IMG/VR virus record: IMGVR_UViG_3300009103_001934
Coordinates: 32,001 to 96,000 of that record
Strand: one strand, 5' to 3'
DNA: 64,000 nucleotides
From: a virus
Within the stretch, counting starts at the first letter, position 1. The number at the start of each line of letters is the position of its first letter. The notes beneath the pieces were generated by a model. It saw only the letters and a program-made list of their open reading frames with translations. It ran no database searches and was not told the DNA's origin. Shown piece after piece: positions 19,615 to 29,056 of the stretch. The position numbers and the translations under genes were made by a program.

Positions 19615-22157
19615 GTGATTTTTTTAGAGATTTTGAAAACTTAGACTTGAATCTTCATGGAGTTAGATTACCTTCGTTTGAAATCGAGAATGAGATAAAG
19701 AGGGAACTTAAAGTTAGCGAGGACCTTGAGAATTACGATTTTCTTAGAAAAATATGCCTCGATGGATTCAATAAGCTTGACATTAAAAAGGGGACCAAAG
19801 AACACAGCGACTACGTCGAGAGAGCTAAGTATGAATTAAAAACTTTGAAGAGCCTAGGCTTTATCGATTATGTGCTTTTAGTATGGGACGTAATGAATTA
19901 TTGTCACCGGAGCGGCATTCCAACGGGCCTTGGTCGAGGCTCTGCAGCAGGCAGTCTTGTCCTATTCCTTATTGGGGTTACTAAAATTGACCCAGTTAAA
20001 TATGGTTTATATTTTGAGAGATTTGTTTCTAAAATTCGAGCCAAGAAAAAGGTAGTTGACGGCATAACTTACCTTGATGGGTCTCTAATGTGTGACGTTG
20101 ATTTGGATATCTGTTACTACAGAAGAGCGGAAGTCCTCAGATATTTAGAACAGAAGTTCTCTGGAAGCACAAGTAAGATATTGACTCTGAATACTCTTAG
20201 CACCAAGCTCTTAATTAAGGAGTGCGGAAAGATTGTGGGAGAAAAATCGGAGTCAGAGATGAATGAAGTCACGGCGATCATACCCAAGATGTTCGGTATA
20301 GTTAAAGAGCTTACCGAGGCTTATGAAGAGGTAGAGAGCTTTAGGGATTGGTGCGATAAAAACAGAGAAATTTATGACATCGCGTTAAAGTTGAGAGGCC
20401 TAGTAAAAAACAAGGGGGTACACCCCTCGGGAATGCTACTATCGTACGGTAAGATGGACGAGTCTTGCCCGACAGAGCTTTCTTCCGATAAGGACCCCGT
20501 ATCGTCTTACGACATGAATTGGTCCTCTCTCTTTAACGTGAAGTTAGACTTGTTGGGGCTTAGGGGAGTATCTGTAGCGGATGACGTTTGCAAGCAGGTT
20601 GGAATTAAATTGGTTGATATTAATTTGAATCATCCGACAATTTACCAGAACCTTCAAGACCTCCGAACCGCTCACGGCCTGTTTCAGATCGAAGCGGATC
20701 TAGCACATAGAGTCAGTCAGACAGTAAAGCCCCGAAGTTTAGAAGAGTTAAGCGCGGTATTAGCTTTGGCTCGACCCGGTGCGATGGCGTATATGGACCA
20801 ATATGCTACGTATACAAACAGCGATATCTATGATCCCATTCATCCCTTCTTTGACGAGATATTGAAGGAGACGGGGGGCGTCGCCCTGTACCAAGAACAA
20901 CTAATGAAGATGGCGAATAAGGTTGGGTTTACTCTAGATGAAGCGGAAATATTACGGCGTATCGTGGGTAAGAAAAAGGTCGCGGAAGTGCGAAAGTGGA
21001 AGAAAAAGATTAGGGACAAGGTAGAAGAAAATAAGTTAGATAAAGAAGTGGGAGACATTTTATGGAAGGTACTCGAAGACTCGGCGAATTACTCCTTTAA
21101 CAAGGCTCACTCTATTGCTTATGCCGCGCTCGCAGCAATTACGATTTACCTTAAATTCAATTACCCCAAAGAGTTCTTTTTGAGCTTATTAAAAATGACG
21201 AGGCACGAGCCAGACCCGACCAGTGAGATAACCAAGATACAAAGGGAGCTTGCTTCTTTTGGTATCGAACTATTACCTCCCCACCTCACGAGATCAGAAA
21301 TGGATTTTTCAATTGAGGGGGACAACATCCGCTACGGTTTATTATCAATTAAAGGGATTAGCGATAAAAGCATAGAGAAGCTATCTAATTTTAGAAATAA
21401 ATATGCCGATAAATTTGAAACTTTTCAAGCAGCCAAACAGGCAGGGCTCAACATCGGAGTATTGTCAGCGTTAATACAGGCTGGAGCTCTCCAAGGATTC
21501 ACGCAATCGCGCTCTAAGGTCGTTTATGAGGCTCAGGTGTGGAATATACTTACCGAAAGAGAAAAGAGGCTTGTAATGCGGTTTGCGGACGAATACGAGT
21601 ACGATCTGGTGGCGATTATAAAGAAGCTCATGGGGTTCAAAGGGGATAACGGCAAGGATGTGATAAAAGAGTCTAGGTTTGGGACGATCAAAAAGAAATC
21701 TGGACCCTACAAGAGCATTTATGAGCTTAATAGCCGCTCAGAAACGTTTGCTAATTGGTATTACGAAAGAAAGTTATTAGGATACAGTCACTGCGTTAGG
21801 CTTAAAACCATCTTTGATTCTAAGAGGGCGGGTCTTGCGTATGTAGAGGATGTTAGCTCTCTTCGCGCGGGGCAGCGTCCCGTGTTTATAGGCGTTATAG
21901 AGGACATCATTTCGAGAACCTCGAAGAATAAAAATAAATATTTAAAAGTTTCTGTTTCAGACGAGACCGGAATTATTGACTGCCTTATGTTTAATAATAA
22001 TATTGAAGAGTGCGAGACGATGAATAACGGCTTGCCCGAAAAGGGTAATATTGTTATAGTTAAAGGAGTAAAGAAAGAGGACGCTGTATTTGCAAATCTA
22101 ATAGCAGTCCAAGATAATAAGGTTTATACTAAGCTTTCGGAGCTCAAAAATAGTTGA
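19611..22157 (+). CDS. dnaE: DNA polymerase III alpha catalytic core (lacks PHP)
   Basis: GRGSAAGSLV, CDVDLD, KLDLLGL, LYQEQLM, YSFNKAHS, C-terminal OB fold. Confidence 0.96.
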   Translation: MSDFFRDFENLDLNLHGVRLPSFEIENEIKRELKVSEDLENYDFLRKICLDGFNKLDIKKGTKEHSDYVERAKYELKTLKSLGFIDYVLLVWDVMNYCHRSGIPTGLGRGSAAGSLVLFLIGVTKIDPVKYGLYFERFVSKIRAKKKVVDGITYLDGSLMCDVDLDICYYRRAEVLRYLEQKFSGSTSKILTLNTLSTKLLIKECGKIVGEKSESEMNEVTAIIPKMFGIVKELTEAYEEVESFRDWCDKNREIYDIALKLRGLVKNKGVHPSGMLLSYGKMDESCPTELSSDKDPVSSYDMNWSSLFNVKLDLLGLRGVSVADDVCKQVGIKLVDINLNHPTIYQNLQDLRTAHGLFQIEADLAHRVSQTVKPRSLEELSAVLALARPGAMAYMDQYATYTNSDIYDPIHPFFDEILKETGGVALYQEQLMKMANKVGFTLDEAEILRRIVGKKKVAEVRKWKKKIRDKVEENKLDKEVGDILWKVLEDSANYSFNKAHSIAYAALAAITIYLKFNYPKEFFLSLLKMTRHEPDPTSEITKIQRELASFGIELLPPHLTRSEMDFSIEGDNIRYGLLSIKGISDKSIEKLSNFRNKYADKFETFQAAKQAGLNIGVLSALIQAGALQGFTQSRSKVVYEAQVWNILTEREKRLVMRFADEYEYDLVAIIKKLMGFKGDNGKDVIKESRFGTIKKKSGPYKSIYELNSRSETFANWYYERKLLGYSHCVRLKTIFDSKRAGLAYVEDVSSLRAGQRPVFIGVIEDIISRTSKNKNKYLKVSVSDETGIIDCLMFNNNIEECETMNNGLPEKGNIVIVKGVKKEDAVFANLIAVQDNKVYTKLSELKNS

Positions 22158-22182
22158 CAAAAAATAAGAAAAAAGGTAATAT
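22154..22182 (+). promoter_or_regulatory. sigma70 promoter
   Basis: TTGACA 22154-22159, 17-nt spacer, TAATAT 22177-22182; ATG 6 nt later. Confidence 0.7.
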
Positions 22183-22188
22183 TATTCT

Positions 22189-22755
22189 ATGATTCAGTTT
22201 TATAAACCAAATTCTAAAAATACAGGCTCAGCCTGTTCCTTTTGGTCAAATTATGACGGAAGCATAATGTCTTCCTTAATTAAACAGGCCAGCTGGAACG
22301 ATCAGGCAAAGAAAGGATCATTCGCAAAGAACAAGGACAACCCGAACAAGAGAGTTATTGTAAAATTAAATCCGACGGAAGTAGGGGGACTCATAGATAG
22401 TATTGAAACCAATCGTGAATTTTCTAACTATCACAATAGCCAAAACCAAACTCTTCAAATTAAGTTTGCTCCCTATCTGCGTAACGGCGAGCAAATAGGG
22501 TTTTCTTTTTCTGTTTATAAGCAGGACAAAGAAGACTCAGCAAACAAAGCTTCTTATGTTATCGGGTTCACCTTTAGCGAGGCTCGTTACCTGAAAGAGT
22601 TTTTAATTTATGTCCTCCGTAAAATTTTTGAGAAAGAGCACGAAGCTCATCTTAAATCTCAAAAGGAAAAAATTAAAGACATCATGAAAGAGAAGAGGGA
22701 AAATAAATCTAAACCGGATAGATCCCTAGCTAACGAGGAAGAGGATACTTGGTAA
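22189..22755 (+). CDS. Putative Whirly/PC4-fold ssDNA-binding protein
   Basis: KLNPTEVGGLI...YH...IKFAP...GFSFSV...YVIGFTFSEARYLKEFL parallels the Whirly domain; acidic aromatic C-tail EEEDTW; directly after dnaE. Confidence 0.55.
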   Translation: MIQFYKPNSKNTGSACSFWSNYDGSIMSSLIKQASWNDQAKKGSFAKNKDNPNKRVIVKLNPTEVGGLIDSIETNREFSNYHNSQNQTLQIKFAPYLRNGEQIGFSFSVYKQDKEDSANKASYVIGFTFSEARYLKEFLIYVLRKIFEKEHEAHLKSQKEKIKDIMKEKRENKSKPDRSLANEEEDTW

Positions 22756-24686
22756 TGAGTAAAACCGTACTCTCTAAAAAAAGAAAGAAAAAAGTCCTTT
22801 ATCATAGCGACTTCGCCTTAATGAAGACGGGCTTCGGAAAAGTGTCGAAGTTAATATTGTCTTATCTTTATAAAACCGGAAAGTATGACTTGGTCCAATT
22901 GAGTTGTGGGTTGACAGATGATAACCCGCAGTACCAGAGGGTTCCATGGGAGTGTCATGGAGCGATGTCTTCTGATCCTAGCGAAATAGAGCAACTCAAC
23001 AGAGACCCCAAGCTCGCACAGATGGCAAGCTATGGAGCGAATAGAATTGACGAGCTTGTTAATAAAATTAAACCGGACGTTTACATAGGGGTTCAGGACA
23101 TTTGGGGTGTAGATTTTGCGGTTAACAAAAAGTGGTTCCCCAGATCGAATACAGCGATATGGACTACGCTGGACTCCCTACCGATTTTACCTACGGCAGT
23201 GGAGGCCAGTAAGAAGGTAAAGAACTTTTGGATTTGGAGCAATTTCGCTACGGAAGAGTTAAAAAAACTAGGTCAAGGTCATGTTAAAACAGTTCGCGGC
23301 CCATTAGAAGATAAGGATTTTTTTAGACTAAAAGATCAAGAGAGAGTGCAGCTTAGAAATAAATTCGGCATACCCCAGTCAGCGTTTGTCATAGGGTTTG
23401 TATTTAGGAATCAACTTAGAAAATCTGTACCGAATTTAATAAAGGGATACAATCTTTTTAAAGAGAGAAATAAGGATGTCAAGTCTTATTTACTTTTACA
23501 TACTCACTTCGGAGAAGGATGGAATATCCATAAATTAGCCGAAGAGCACGGAGTTAATAAGGAGGAGATACTTTGTTCGTATGTCTGCAATCAGTGTAGC
23601 GCTTATTTTATCCACCAGTTTAAAGGACAAGGAGCAAATTGCCCAAGTTGCGGGGGAGAGAAGTGCCTAAACACCACCAACATTTCTGCCGGAGTCACAG
23701 AAGAGCAACTAAACGAAGTGTACAACTTAATGGATGTTTATTGCCATCCATTTACCTCTGGAGGGCAAGAGATTCCCATTCAAGAAGCAAAACTCACCGA
23801 GTTAGTAACCTTAGTTACGAACTATAGCTGTGGAGTGGATGCTTGTGAGCCAGAAGCTTACTCTTTACCTTTAGATTGGGCGGAGTACAGAGAACAAGGC
23901 ACAGAGTTCATTAAGGCCTCAACGAAGCATGAGTCTATAGCGGAGCAGTTGCAAAAAGTCTACGAGATGCCCACTCAAGAGAGACTTAAGATGGGTAAGC
24001 AAGCGAGGCAGTGGGTAATAGAAAACTTTTCAATAGAAGCGATAGGAAAACACTTTGAGGATTTTATCGACTCCTGCCCGCTGGTAAAAGACAAGAAAAG
24101 TGTTTATGCTATAAAGAAATCTCAGAACCCAAAGGCTCATGTAGAAGAAACTCTACCAGACAAAGAGTGGATTTTTTCTTTATATAAAAACATATTAGAC
24201 ATGAATATGACCGAATCAGATGAGGGGTTTCGGTACTGGATGGGAGAGATTAGCAAGGGAACAAGCAGGGGCGACATAGAAAACTATTTTAGGAGCGTAG
24301 CCCAAAAAGAATTAATATCCCAGCAGACGATTGCCGATTTCCTTGACGAAGACGATAAGGGAAAAAGGATACTTTACGCAATTCCTCAAAGCGCAGGAGA
24401 CGTATATATGGCTACAAGCCTATTCAAGAACCTAAAAGAACAGTATCCAAATTATAATTTATATGTAGCTACATCACCAGCCTATTTTGATATAGTTGAA
24501 GGGCATCCGCTAGTACATAAAGTTATACCATTCATCCCTCGCATGCAGGATATACATTATCTAGAGGGAGGACAAGGAAATGACGGCTTTTTTGAGATAG
24601 CGCTTTTAAGTCATGTTACAGCGCAAGTCCTGCCCTGTTATCAGCATAATGGGTTAGATAAAATAGCTTTTGACATTAAAAGATAA
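22755..24686 (+). CDS. GT-B (GT4-like) glycosyltransferase with Zn-ribbon insertion, fused to a GT9-like N-terminal domain
   Basis: GFVFRNQLRK, DVYCHPFTSGGQEIPIQEA; CNQC...CPSC; QSAGDVYMATSLFKNLKEQYP. Confidence 0.8.
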   Translation: MSKTVLSKKRKKKVLYHSDFALMKTGFGKVSKLILSYLYKTGKYDLVQLSCGLTDDNPQYQRVPWECHGAMSSDPSEIEQLNRDPKLAQMASYGANRIDELVNKIKPDVYIGVQDIWGVDFAVNKKWFPRSNTAIWTTLDSLPILPTAVEASKKVKNFWIWSNFATEELKKLGQGHVKTVRGPLEDKDFFRLKDQERVQLRNKFGIPQSAFVIGFVFRNQLRKSVPNLIKGYNLFKERNKDVKSYLLLHTHFGEGWNIHKLAEEHGVNKEEILCSYVCNQCSAYFIHQFKGQGANCPSCGGEKCLNTTNISAGVTEEQLNEVYNLMDVYCHPFTSGGQEIPIQEAKLTELVTLVTNYSCGVDACEPEAYSLPLDWAEYREQGTEFIKASTKHESIAEQLQKVYEMPTQERLKMGKQARQWVIENFSIEAIGKHFEDFIDSCPLVKDKKSVYAIKKSQNPKAHVEETLPDKEWIFSLYKNILDMNMTESDEGFRYWMGEISKGTSRGDIENYFRSVAQKELISQQTIADFLDEDDKGKRILYAIPQSAGDVYMATSLFKNLKEQYPNYNLYVATSPAYFDIVEGHPLVHKVIPFIPRMQDIHYLEGGQGNDGFFEIALLSHVTAQVLPCYQHNGLDKIAFDIKR

Positions 24687-24704
24687 GAGAGTGTATATAT
24701 AAAT

Positions 24705-25010
24705 ATGGCAGAAGAATCACAAGGAGAGACCGTGAGAGAGTTCCGCGACCCCAAGGAGCTTTATTCTTTTTTGCATTCCACGGGGCTGCATAGCTTATCG
24801 TATGAATTGTATGATTTTTATACAAAATATAAGAACATAGGTGTCGGTTGTGGCTGTCAGAAAAAAAATAGGGAGGATGTCGCAAAAAAAGCTTACGTTA
24901 ATTCCCTATGCATGTTAAGCGAAGAGCATAAGTCTACGATATTAGAAGCGCTAGGGAGTGATTCCGCTAAGTTCTATCTTGATGGAGGAATTTTTGCAGA
25001 GTTTAAATAG
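24705..25010 (+). CDS. Hypothetical protein
   Basis: ORF with GTGTA motif 9 nt upstream. Confidence 0.65.
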   Translation: MAEESQGETVREFRDPKELYSFLHSTGLHSLSYELYDFYTKYKNIGVGCGCQKKNREDVAKKAYVNSLCMLSEEHKSTILEALGSDSAKFYLDGGIFAEFK

Positions 25011-25099
25011 AGAGAAAAGCTGGCGCACTCGCATTTTATAAAATTGTGCCATACTGTCGCTCCCCCGAGTAAAACTCCCTGTTTTTTCAGGTTTTTTTT

Positions 25100-25115
25100 T
25101 GGCACGTTAATTGCT
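25100..25115 (+). promoter_or_regulatory. sigma54 (-24/-12) promoter
   Basis: TGGCACG-TTAA-TTGCT, exact RpoN consensus and spacing, 14 nt before the hsp20 ATG. Confidence 0.75.
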
Positions 25116-25129
25116 TTAACTATCTCACT

Positions 25130-25459
25130 ATGAGATATACATTAACCAATAGACTATTCGACGGCCTTTTCAACAACAACCTTGATTGGGATAACTTTAA
25201 CCATTACGAAGAAAGCGATGAAGATTATAACATCGAACTTAACCTCGCTGGGATTAATAAAGACAATATTGATCTCTCTGTGGACGGAGATATTCTTAAA
25301 GTAAAGGCAGAACAAGGTAATAAAAATTATTTTAAATCATATTTAGTCCCATCAAAAGCGGATAAAAGTAACATTCTTGCTAGACATGAAGACGGAATGC
25401 TTTATATTAAATTCACAAAAAGGGAGGAAGAAAAAAGTAAAAAAATAATTATCAATTAA
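25130..25459 (+). CDS. hsp20: Small heat-shock protein Hsp20 (alpha-crystallin)
   Basis: YNIELNLAGINKDNIDLSVDGDILKV...ARHEDGMLYIKF. Confidence 0.9.
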   Translation: MRYTLTNRLFDGLFNNNLDWDNFNHYEESDEDYNIELNLAGINKDNIDLSVDGDILKVKAEQGNKNYFKSYLVPSKADKSNILARHEDGMLYIKFTKREEEKSKKIIIN

Positions 25460-25460
25460 C

Positions 25461-25489
25461 TTGACTCGACTAAGGAACGGTGTTATCAT
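25461..25489 (+). promoter_or_regulatory. sigma70 promoter with extended -10
   Basis: TTGACT 25461-25466, 17-nt spacer, TGn-TATCAT 25484-25489. Confidence 0.65.
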
Positions 25490-25500
25490 AGCTTCAACAT

Positions 25501-25722
25501 ATGAAAAGAACAGAAACAGAAACTAACAACAGCCAGTTCACGACAGTTAAGACTGCGTATGCGCGGATCGCAGTGCTTTTGCTTGCGATTAACTTTTGCT
25601 TGACTGGTTATGTAGTATATAGCATGAACAGCACGATGCAGGATCAGATCGATAATGTCACTGGTGCCGTAGAACCTCAACCCTTAGTCCAAGACGCCAA
25701 AGGGAAAGATCAAGCTCAATAA
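25501..25722 (+). CDS. Small single-pass membrane protein
   Basis: Hydrophobic IAVLLLAINFCLTGYVVY; own promoter and terminator. Confidence 0.65.
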   Translation: MKRTETETNNSQFTTVKTAYARIAVLLLAINFCLTGYVVYSMNSTMQDQIDNVTGAVEPQPLVQDAKGKDQAQ

Positions 25723-25758
25723 AAATTGGCTAGTTGAGCACTAGCCTTCCTCATGCAC

Positions 25759-25793
25759 CCCACTGCGAAATCTTTTTCGCAGTGGGCTTTTTT
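25759..25793 (+). terminator. Rho-independent terminator
   Basis: Perfect 12-bp stem CCCACTGCGAAA/TTTCGCAGTGGG, 4-nt loop, followed by a T6 run. Confidence 0.85.
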
Positions 25794-25810
25794 ATGGTGT
25801 AATTAGATAT

Positions 25811-26143
25811 GTGCATGACTTAGTAAAGGAGGTAGTATCAGAGCTCATAGATCAGTCCCGCGAATACGACTCCTGTCCGCTTCAAATTAAAAAGATAGAG
25901 TCAGAAGGTTACCTCATGTCCAGCCACAACCAAAATAAAGTCGTGGCTATAGGTATACTTCATATTCTTAATGAGAAAAAAGAAAAAGAAGAGATGATAG
26001 GGGCATTTTCTATTGATGTAAAAAAGTATAAGTGGGCAGACGCAGAAGGGTTTACGCATGATGATATGATAGATCGATTAACTGATGAAGTATTTACCCT
26101 AATGGGTATAGACGAAGTAGTTCCGTATCTTTGCTCCAAGTAG
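25811..26143 (+). CDS. Hypothetical protein
   Basis: GTG start 9 nt after a GTGTA motif. Confidence 0.6.
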   Translation: MHDLVKEVVSELIDQSREYDSCPLQIKKIESEGYLMSSHNQNKVVAIGILHILNEKKEKEEMIGAFSIDVKKYKWADAEGFTHDDMIDRLTDEVFTLMGIDEVVPYLCSK

Positions 26144-26197
26144 TTTCAATTTGCTTTTTTTTCTTTTTTGCTTTATTATATACAGGGGGTAATTTTT

Positions 26198-26464
26198 ATG
26201 TCCATGGATTTTGTATATGACCTGAAGGAAAAGCTCGAGGAGCAGAAGATGGAATACGCGATTTGCGTTATGAAGCCCCTAAAAAACGGGGATACTAAGG
26301 TAGAATTTTTTTATAACATAGAAAACGATGAATCATTCGAGTCTATGTGCGACGCCATGAATATTGTATGCGGCGGAGATCCGGGAGATAACGTAGATAT
26401 AGAGTACGATTCTTATGACGAGCCGGAGCCCACTCCAACGAAACCGACTTCAGATCAAAAATGA
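26198..26464 (+). CDS. Hypothetical acidic protein
   Basis: TTGCTT-17-TATTAT promoter (26151-26179) and AGGGGG SD upstream of ATG 26198. Confidence 0.65.
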   Translation: MSMDFVYDLKEKLEEQKMEYAICVMKPLKNGDTKVEFFYNIENDESFESMCDAMNIVCGGDPGDNVDIEYDSYDEPEPTPTKPTSDQK

Positions 26465-27420
26465 TTAATAATTTCGCGGTAATCACGTGTTTTTTTTCTT
26501 ACAGAAAAAACCCCTACATGCTAGAAAGGTATGAGGAATTTAAAGATAGCTTAAAGAGACAGGGGGCAGACCTGTATACCGTAGAGCTCTCAGCCCTAAA
26601 CGGAGAGCATTTTATTAAGGACGCGTTTTGGAAGATAAGAACGAACACGGTCTTATGGCACAAGGAGGCATTATTAAATGCCTTAGTTCGAAAGCTGCCC
26701 AAAGAAGTTCAAAAGATTGCGTGGCTTGATTCAGATATAGTTGTAGAAGAGGACGAGTGGATAAAGCAGGCTAAAAAAATGCTAAATTACTACCAAGTCT
26801 TAGAGCTAGGGGATGTGCATACGATTTATTTAGACCACGATGGAAAAGAAAAAGAAGTAAAGCATACGAACGGTTACGCTTATTATCACAGAAAAGGAGA
26901 CTGGAATAATATGGGTAGGTATCATCCCGGATTTGGCTGGATGGCCAACAGAGATTTTTTCACAAAAGTGGGACTATATGAATACGATATTATTGGAGGA
27001 GGAGATGGAGTAATGATGAGGAGCTTTGGTGAGGAAGGTGCGTTCGATAAAGAAAAGAATACTTGGAAAAGGCATCAGTATATGAAATATTGCCCGTCTA
27101 TTCTTCCACACCTAGAGAGCTACACTCGAAAAGCGTTTGATTATACCCAAGGGAATATGGGATTTGTCCCAACAAATGTTATACATAAATTTCATGGAGA
27201 AAGAGCGAACAGAGGGTACACGACTAGAATGAGATTACTGAAAGGGATAGATGTAGATAGAGATCTAAAAAAAGATAAAAATGGAATCTTCGAATGGAAA
27301 GACTGCAATTATAATGATAGATTTAATGAGTTCTTTATGATTAAAAATGACTTAGATCCCATGAACCATTATGAGTATGACAGAACCGGGTACGTAATTT
27401 ATGATGGGCATTATGAATGA
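26461..27420 (+). CDS. GT-A fold glycosyltransferase-like protein
   Basis: LWHKEALLN, IAWLDSDI (DxD), GFGWMANRDFF..VGLYE, HKFHG. Confidence 0.6.
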   Translation: MINNFAVITCFFSYRKNPYMLERYEEFKDSLKRQGADLYTVELSALNGEHFIKDAFWKIRTNTVLWHKEALLNALVRKLPKEVQKIAWLDSDIVVEEDEWIKQAKKMLNYYQVLELGDVHTIYLDHDGKEKEVKHTNGYAYYHRKGDWNNMGRYHPGFGWMANRDFFTKVGLYEYDIIGGGDGVMMRSFGEEGAFDKEKNTWKRHQYMKYCPSILPHLESYTRKAFDYTQGNMGFVPTNVIHKFHGERANRGYTTRMRLLKGIDVDRDLKKDKNGIFEWKDCNYNDRFNEFFMIKNDLDPMNHYEYDRTGYVIYDGHYE

Positions 27421-28136
27421 AAATAAAATTGCTAACATCATATTATGAGTGTAAAAATGAGCACAGGCAAAAAGAATACCTTACGTGCTTAAAAGAAAAT
27501 TTATCTAAGGAGTTCATAGATGAAATTGTATTGTTTATAATGGATAACCTTGCTGATCCGGGATATACCGATCAGAAAATAACTTACGTTGAAAACCCAG
27601 AGCACACTTACAGGAGCTACATAGAATACTGTAATGAGCATCTTAAAGGAGAGATATGTGTCATAGCTAATAGTGATATGATTTTGGATGAATCAATAAA
27701 GCAGCTAGAACATGAAGATATGAGCGAGAGGTTCCTGTGCTTAACGAGGTGGAATATAAAAGATAATGGCGAAACGGAGTTTTATCGCCCTCCGCACGGG
27801 TCAGAAAAAAGTCAAGACGTATGGATATTTAAATCTCCGATAGCTATAGATACAAGCGAAGCGAATATCCCCTTGGCTCATCAAGGTTGCGACAGTAGGA
27901 TAGCTATGGTAGCACTTAAAAGTGGACTGAAGGTATCAAACCCTAGTCTTAAGATAAAGGTAAATCATTTACACCTAGTCGATTACAGAACTACAGCGGG
28001 AGACCGAAAAAAAAGAGTTTTGGGAGACTATCTTTTTGTAGAGCCTTCGGACAGCGTTATCCAACCAGCAAATTATGTAAAAGTCAAAGCGTGGTACGAT
28101 CAAGGCGAGAAACTTAAGTTTAAAAAGTATAAATGA
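27417..28136 (+). CDS. Glycosyltransferase-like protein
   Basis: VIANSDMILD, LCLTRW, SQDVWIF, GCDSRIA; inside glycan cluster. Confidence 0.5.
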   Translation: MKIKLLTSYYECKNEHRQKEYLTCLKENLSKEFIDEIVLFIMDNLADPGYTDQKITYVENPEHTYRSYIEYCNEHLKGEICVIANSDMILDESIKQLEHEDMSERFLCLTRWNIKDNGETEFYRPPHGSEKSQDVWIFKSPIAIDTSEANIPLAHQGCDSRIAMVALKSGLKVSNPSLKIKVNHLHLVDYRTTAGDRKKRVLGDYLFVEPSDSVIQPANYVKVKAWYDQGEKLKFKKYK

Positions 28137-29056
28137 AAACAGACATCTTAGTTACGGGAGGAACCGGCTTGGTAGGGAAAGCAATACAGTCTTTAAGTCC
28201 GGAGGGGGTACAGTACCTTTCCTCAAAGACTTATGACTTAAGGCGCGTGACGCATGCAGAAGAGATGTTTAGAGTTTATAAACCTAAGAAAGTTATACAC
28301 CTAGCTGGGACAGTAGGAGGGGTCAAAGCGAACGCGGAATACCCAGTCCAGTTTTTCAACGATAACCTTGAGATGAATTCAAATGTTATAAAGCTGTGCT
28401 ATAAGTACAAAGTAAAAAAATTAATTTGTGCATTAAGCTCCTGTATTTACCCGAACAACGCAGACTACCCCATTAAGGAGGACTATTTACACCTTGGCCC
28501 GCCTCATGAAACAAATTTTGCCTACTCGCACGCTAAGAGAATGATGGAAGTTCAAATGAGGGCCTACCGAAAGCAGTACGGGTGCAATTTTATTGGAGTA
28601 ATACCAACTAATATTTTTGGCGAGCACGATAATTTTAATTTAAATAATTCACATGTAATACCAGCAATCATAAGAAAAATATATGAAGCAAAAAAGTCGG
28701 GCAGCGATGCGTGCCTTTGGGGAGACGGCATGGCCCTCAGGCAGTTTACTTACTCTTTGGATATAGCAAAGATATTAATTTGGCTTGCGAATAATGAATG
28801 TCATTATGATCTAATTAATATAGGGGATGACCGGGAGATATCTATAAGGGAAGCGAGTAGAGAGATTGCGAGCGCCATGGAGTTTACTGGGGATATAATA
28901 TGGGATACTAAAATGCCCAGAGGTCAACACAGAAAGCCTTGCGATATGTCTAGGTTGAAAAGGCTGGGTTTTGAAGACTTTACTAAATTTAAAACGGCGA
29001 TAGAGAATACTACAGAATGGTTAAAAGATAATTATGAAAAAGGAATTAGAATTTAG
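28133..29056 (+). CDS. fcl: GDP-L-fucose synthase (epimerase/reductase)
   Basis: TGGTGLVG, VIHLAGTVGGV.AN, LSSCIYP, YSHAKR, PTNIFGEHDNF, SHVIPAII. Confidence 0.92.
   Translation: MKTDILVTGGTGLVGKAIQSLSPEGVQYLSSKTYDLRRVTHAEEMFRVYKPKKVIHLAGTVGGVKANAEYPVQFFNDNLEMNSNVIKLCYKYKVKKLICALSSCIYPNNADYPIKEDYLHLGPPHETNFAYSHAKRMMEVQMRAYRKQYGCNFIGVIPTNIFGEHDNFNLNNSHVIPAIIRKIYEAKKSGSDACLWGDGMALRQFTYSLDIAKILIWLANNECHYDLINIGDDREISIREASREIASAMEFTGDIIWDTKMPRGQHRKPCDMSRLKRLGFEDFTKFKTAIENTTEWLKDNYEKGIRI

Noticed and set aside
14438-22157. Inteins or introns in dnaB/dnaE
   Set aside because: Lengths are normal and no C1/HN splice or LAGLIDADG motifs were seen; the Pol III split has ordinary start and stop codons.
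25021-25051. CIRCE (HrcA operator) upstream of hsp20
   Set aside because: Does not match TTAGCACTC-N9-GAGTGCTAA in sequence or spacing.
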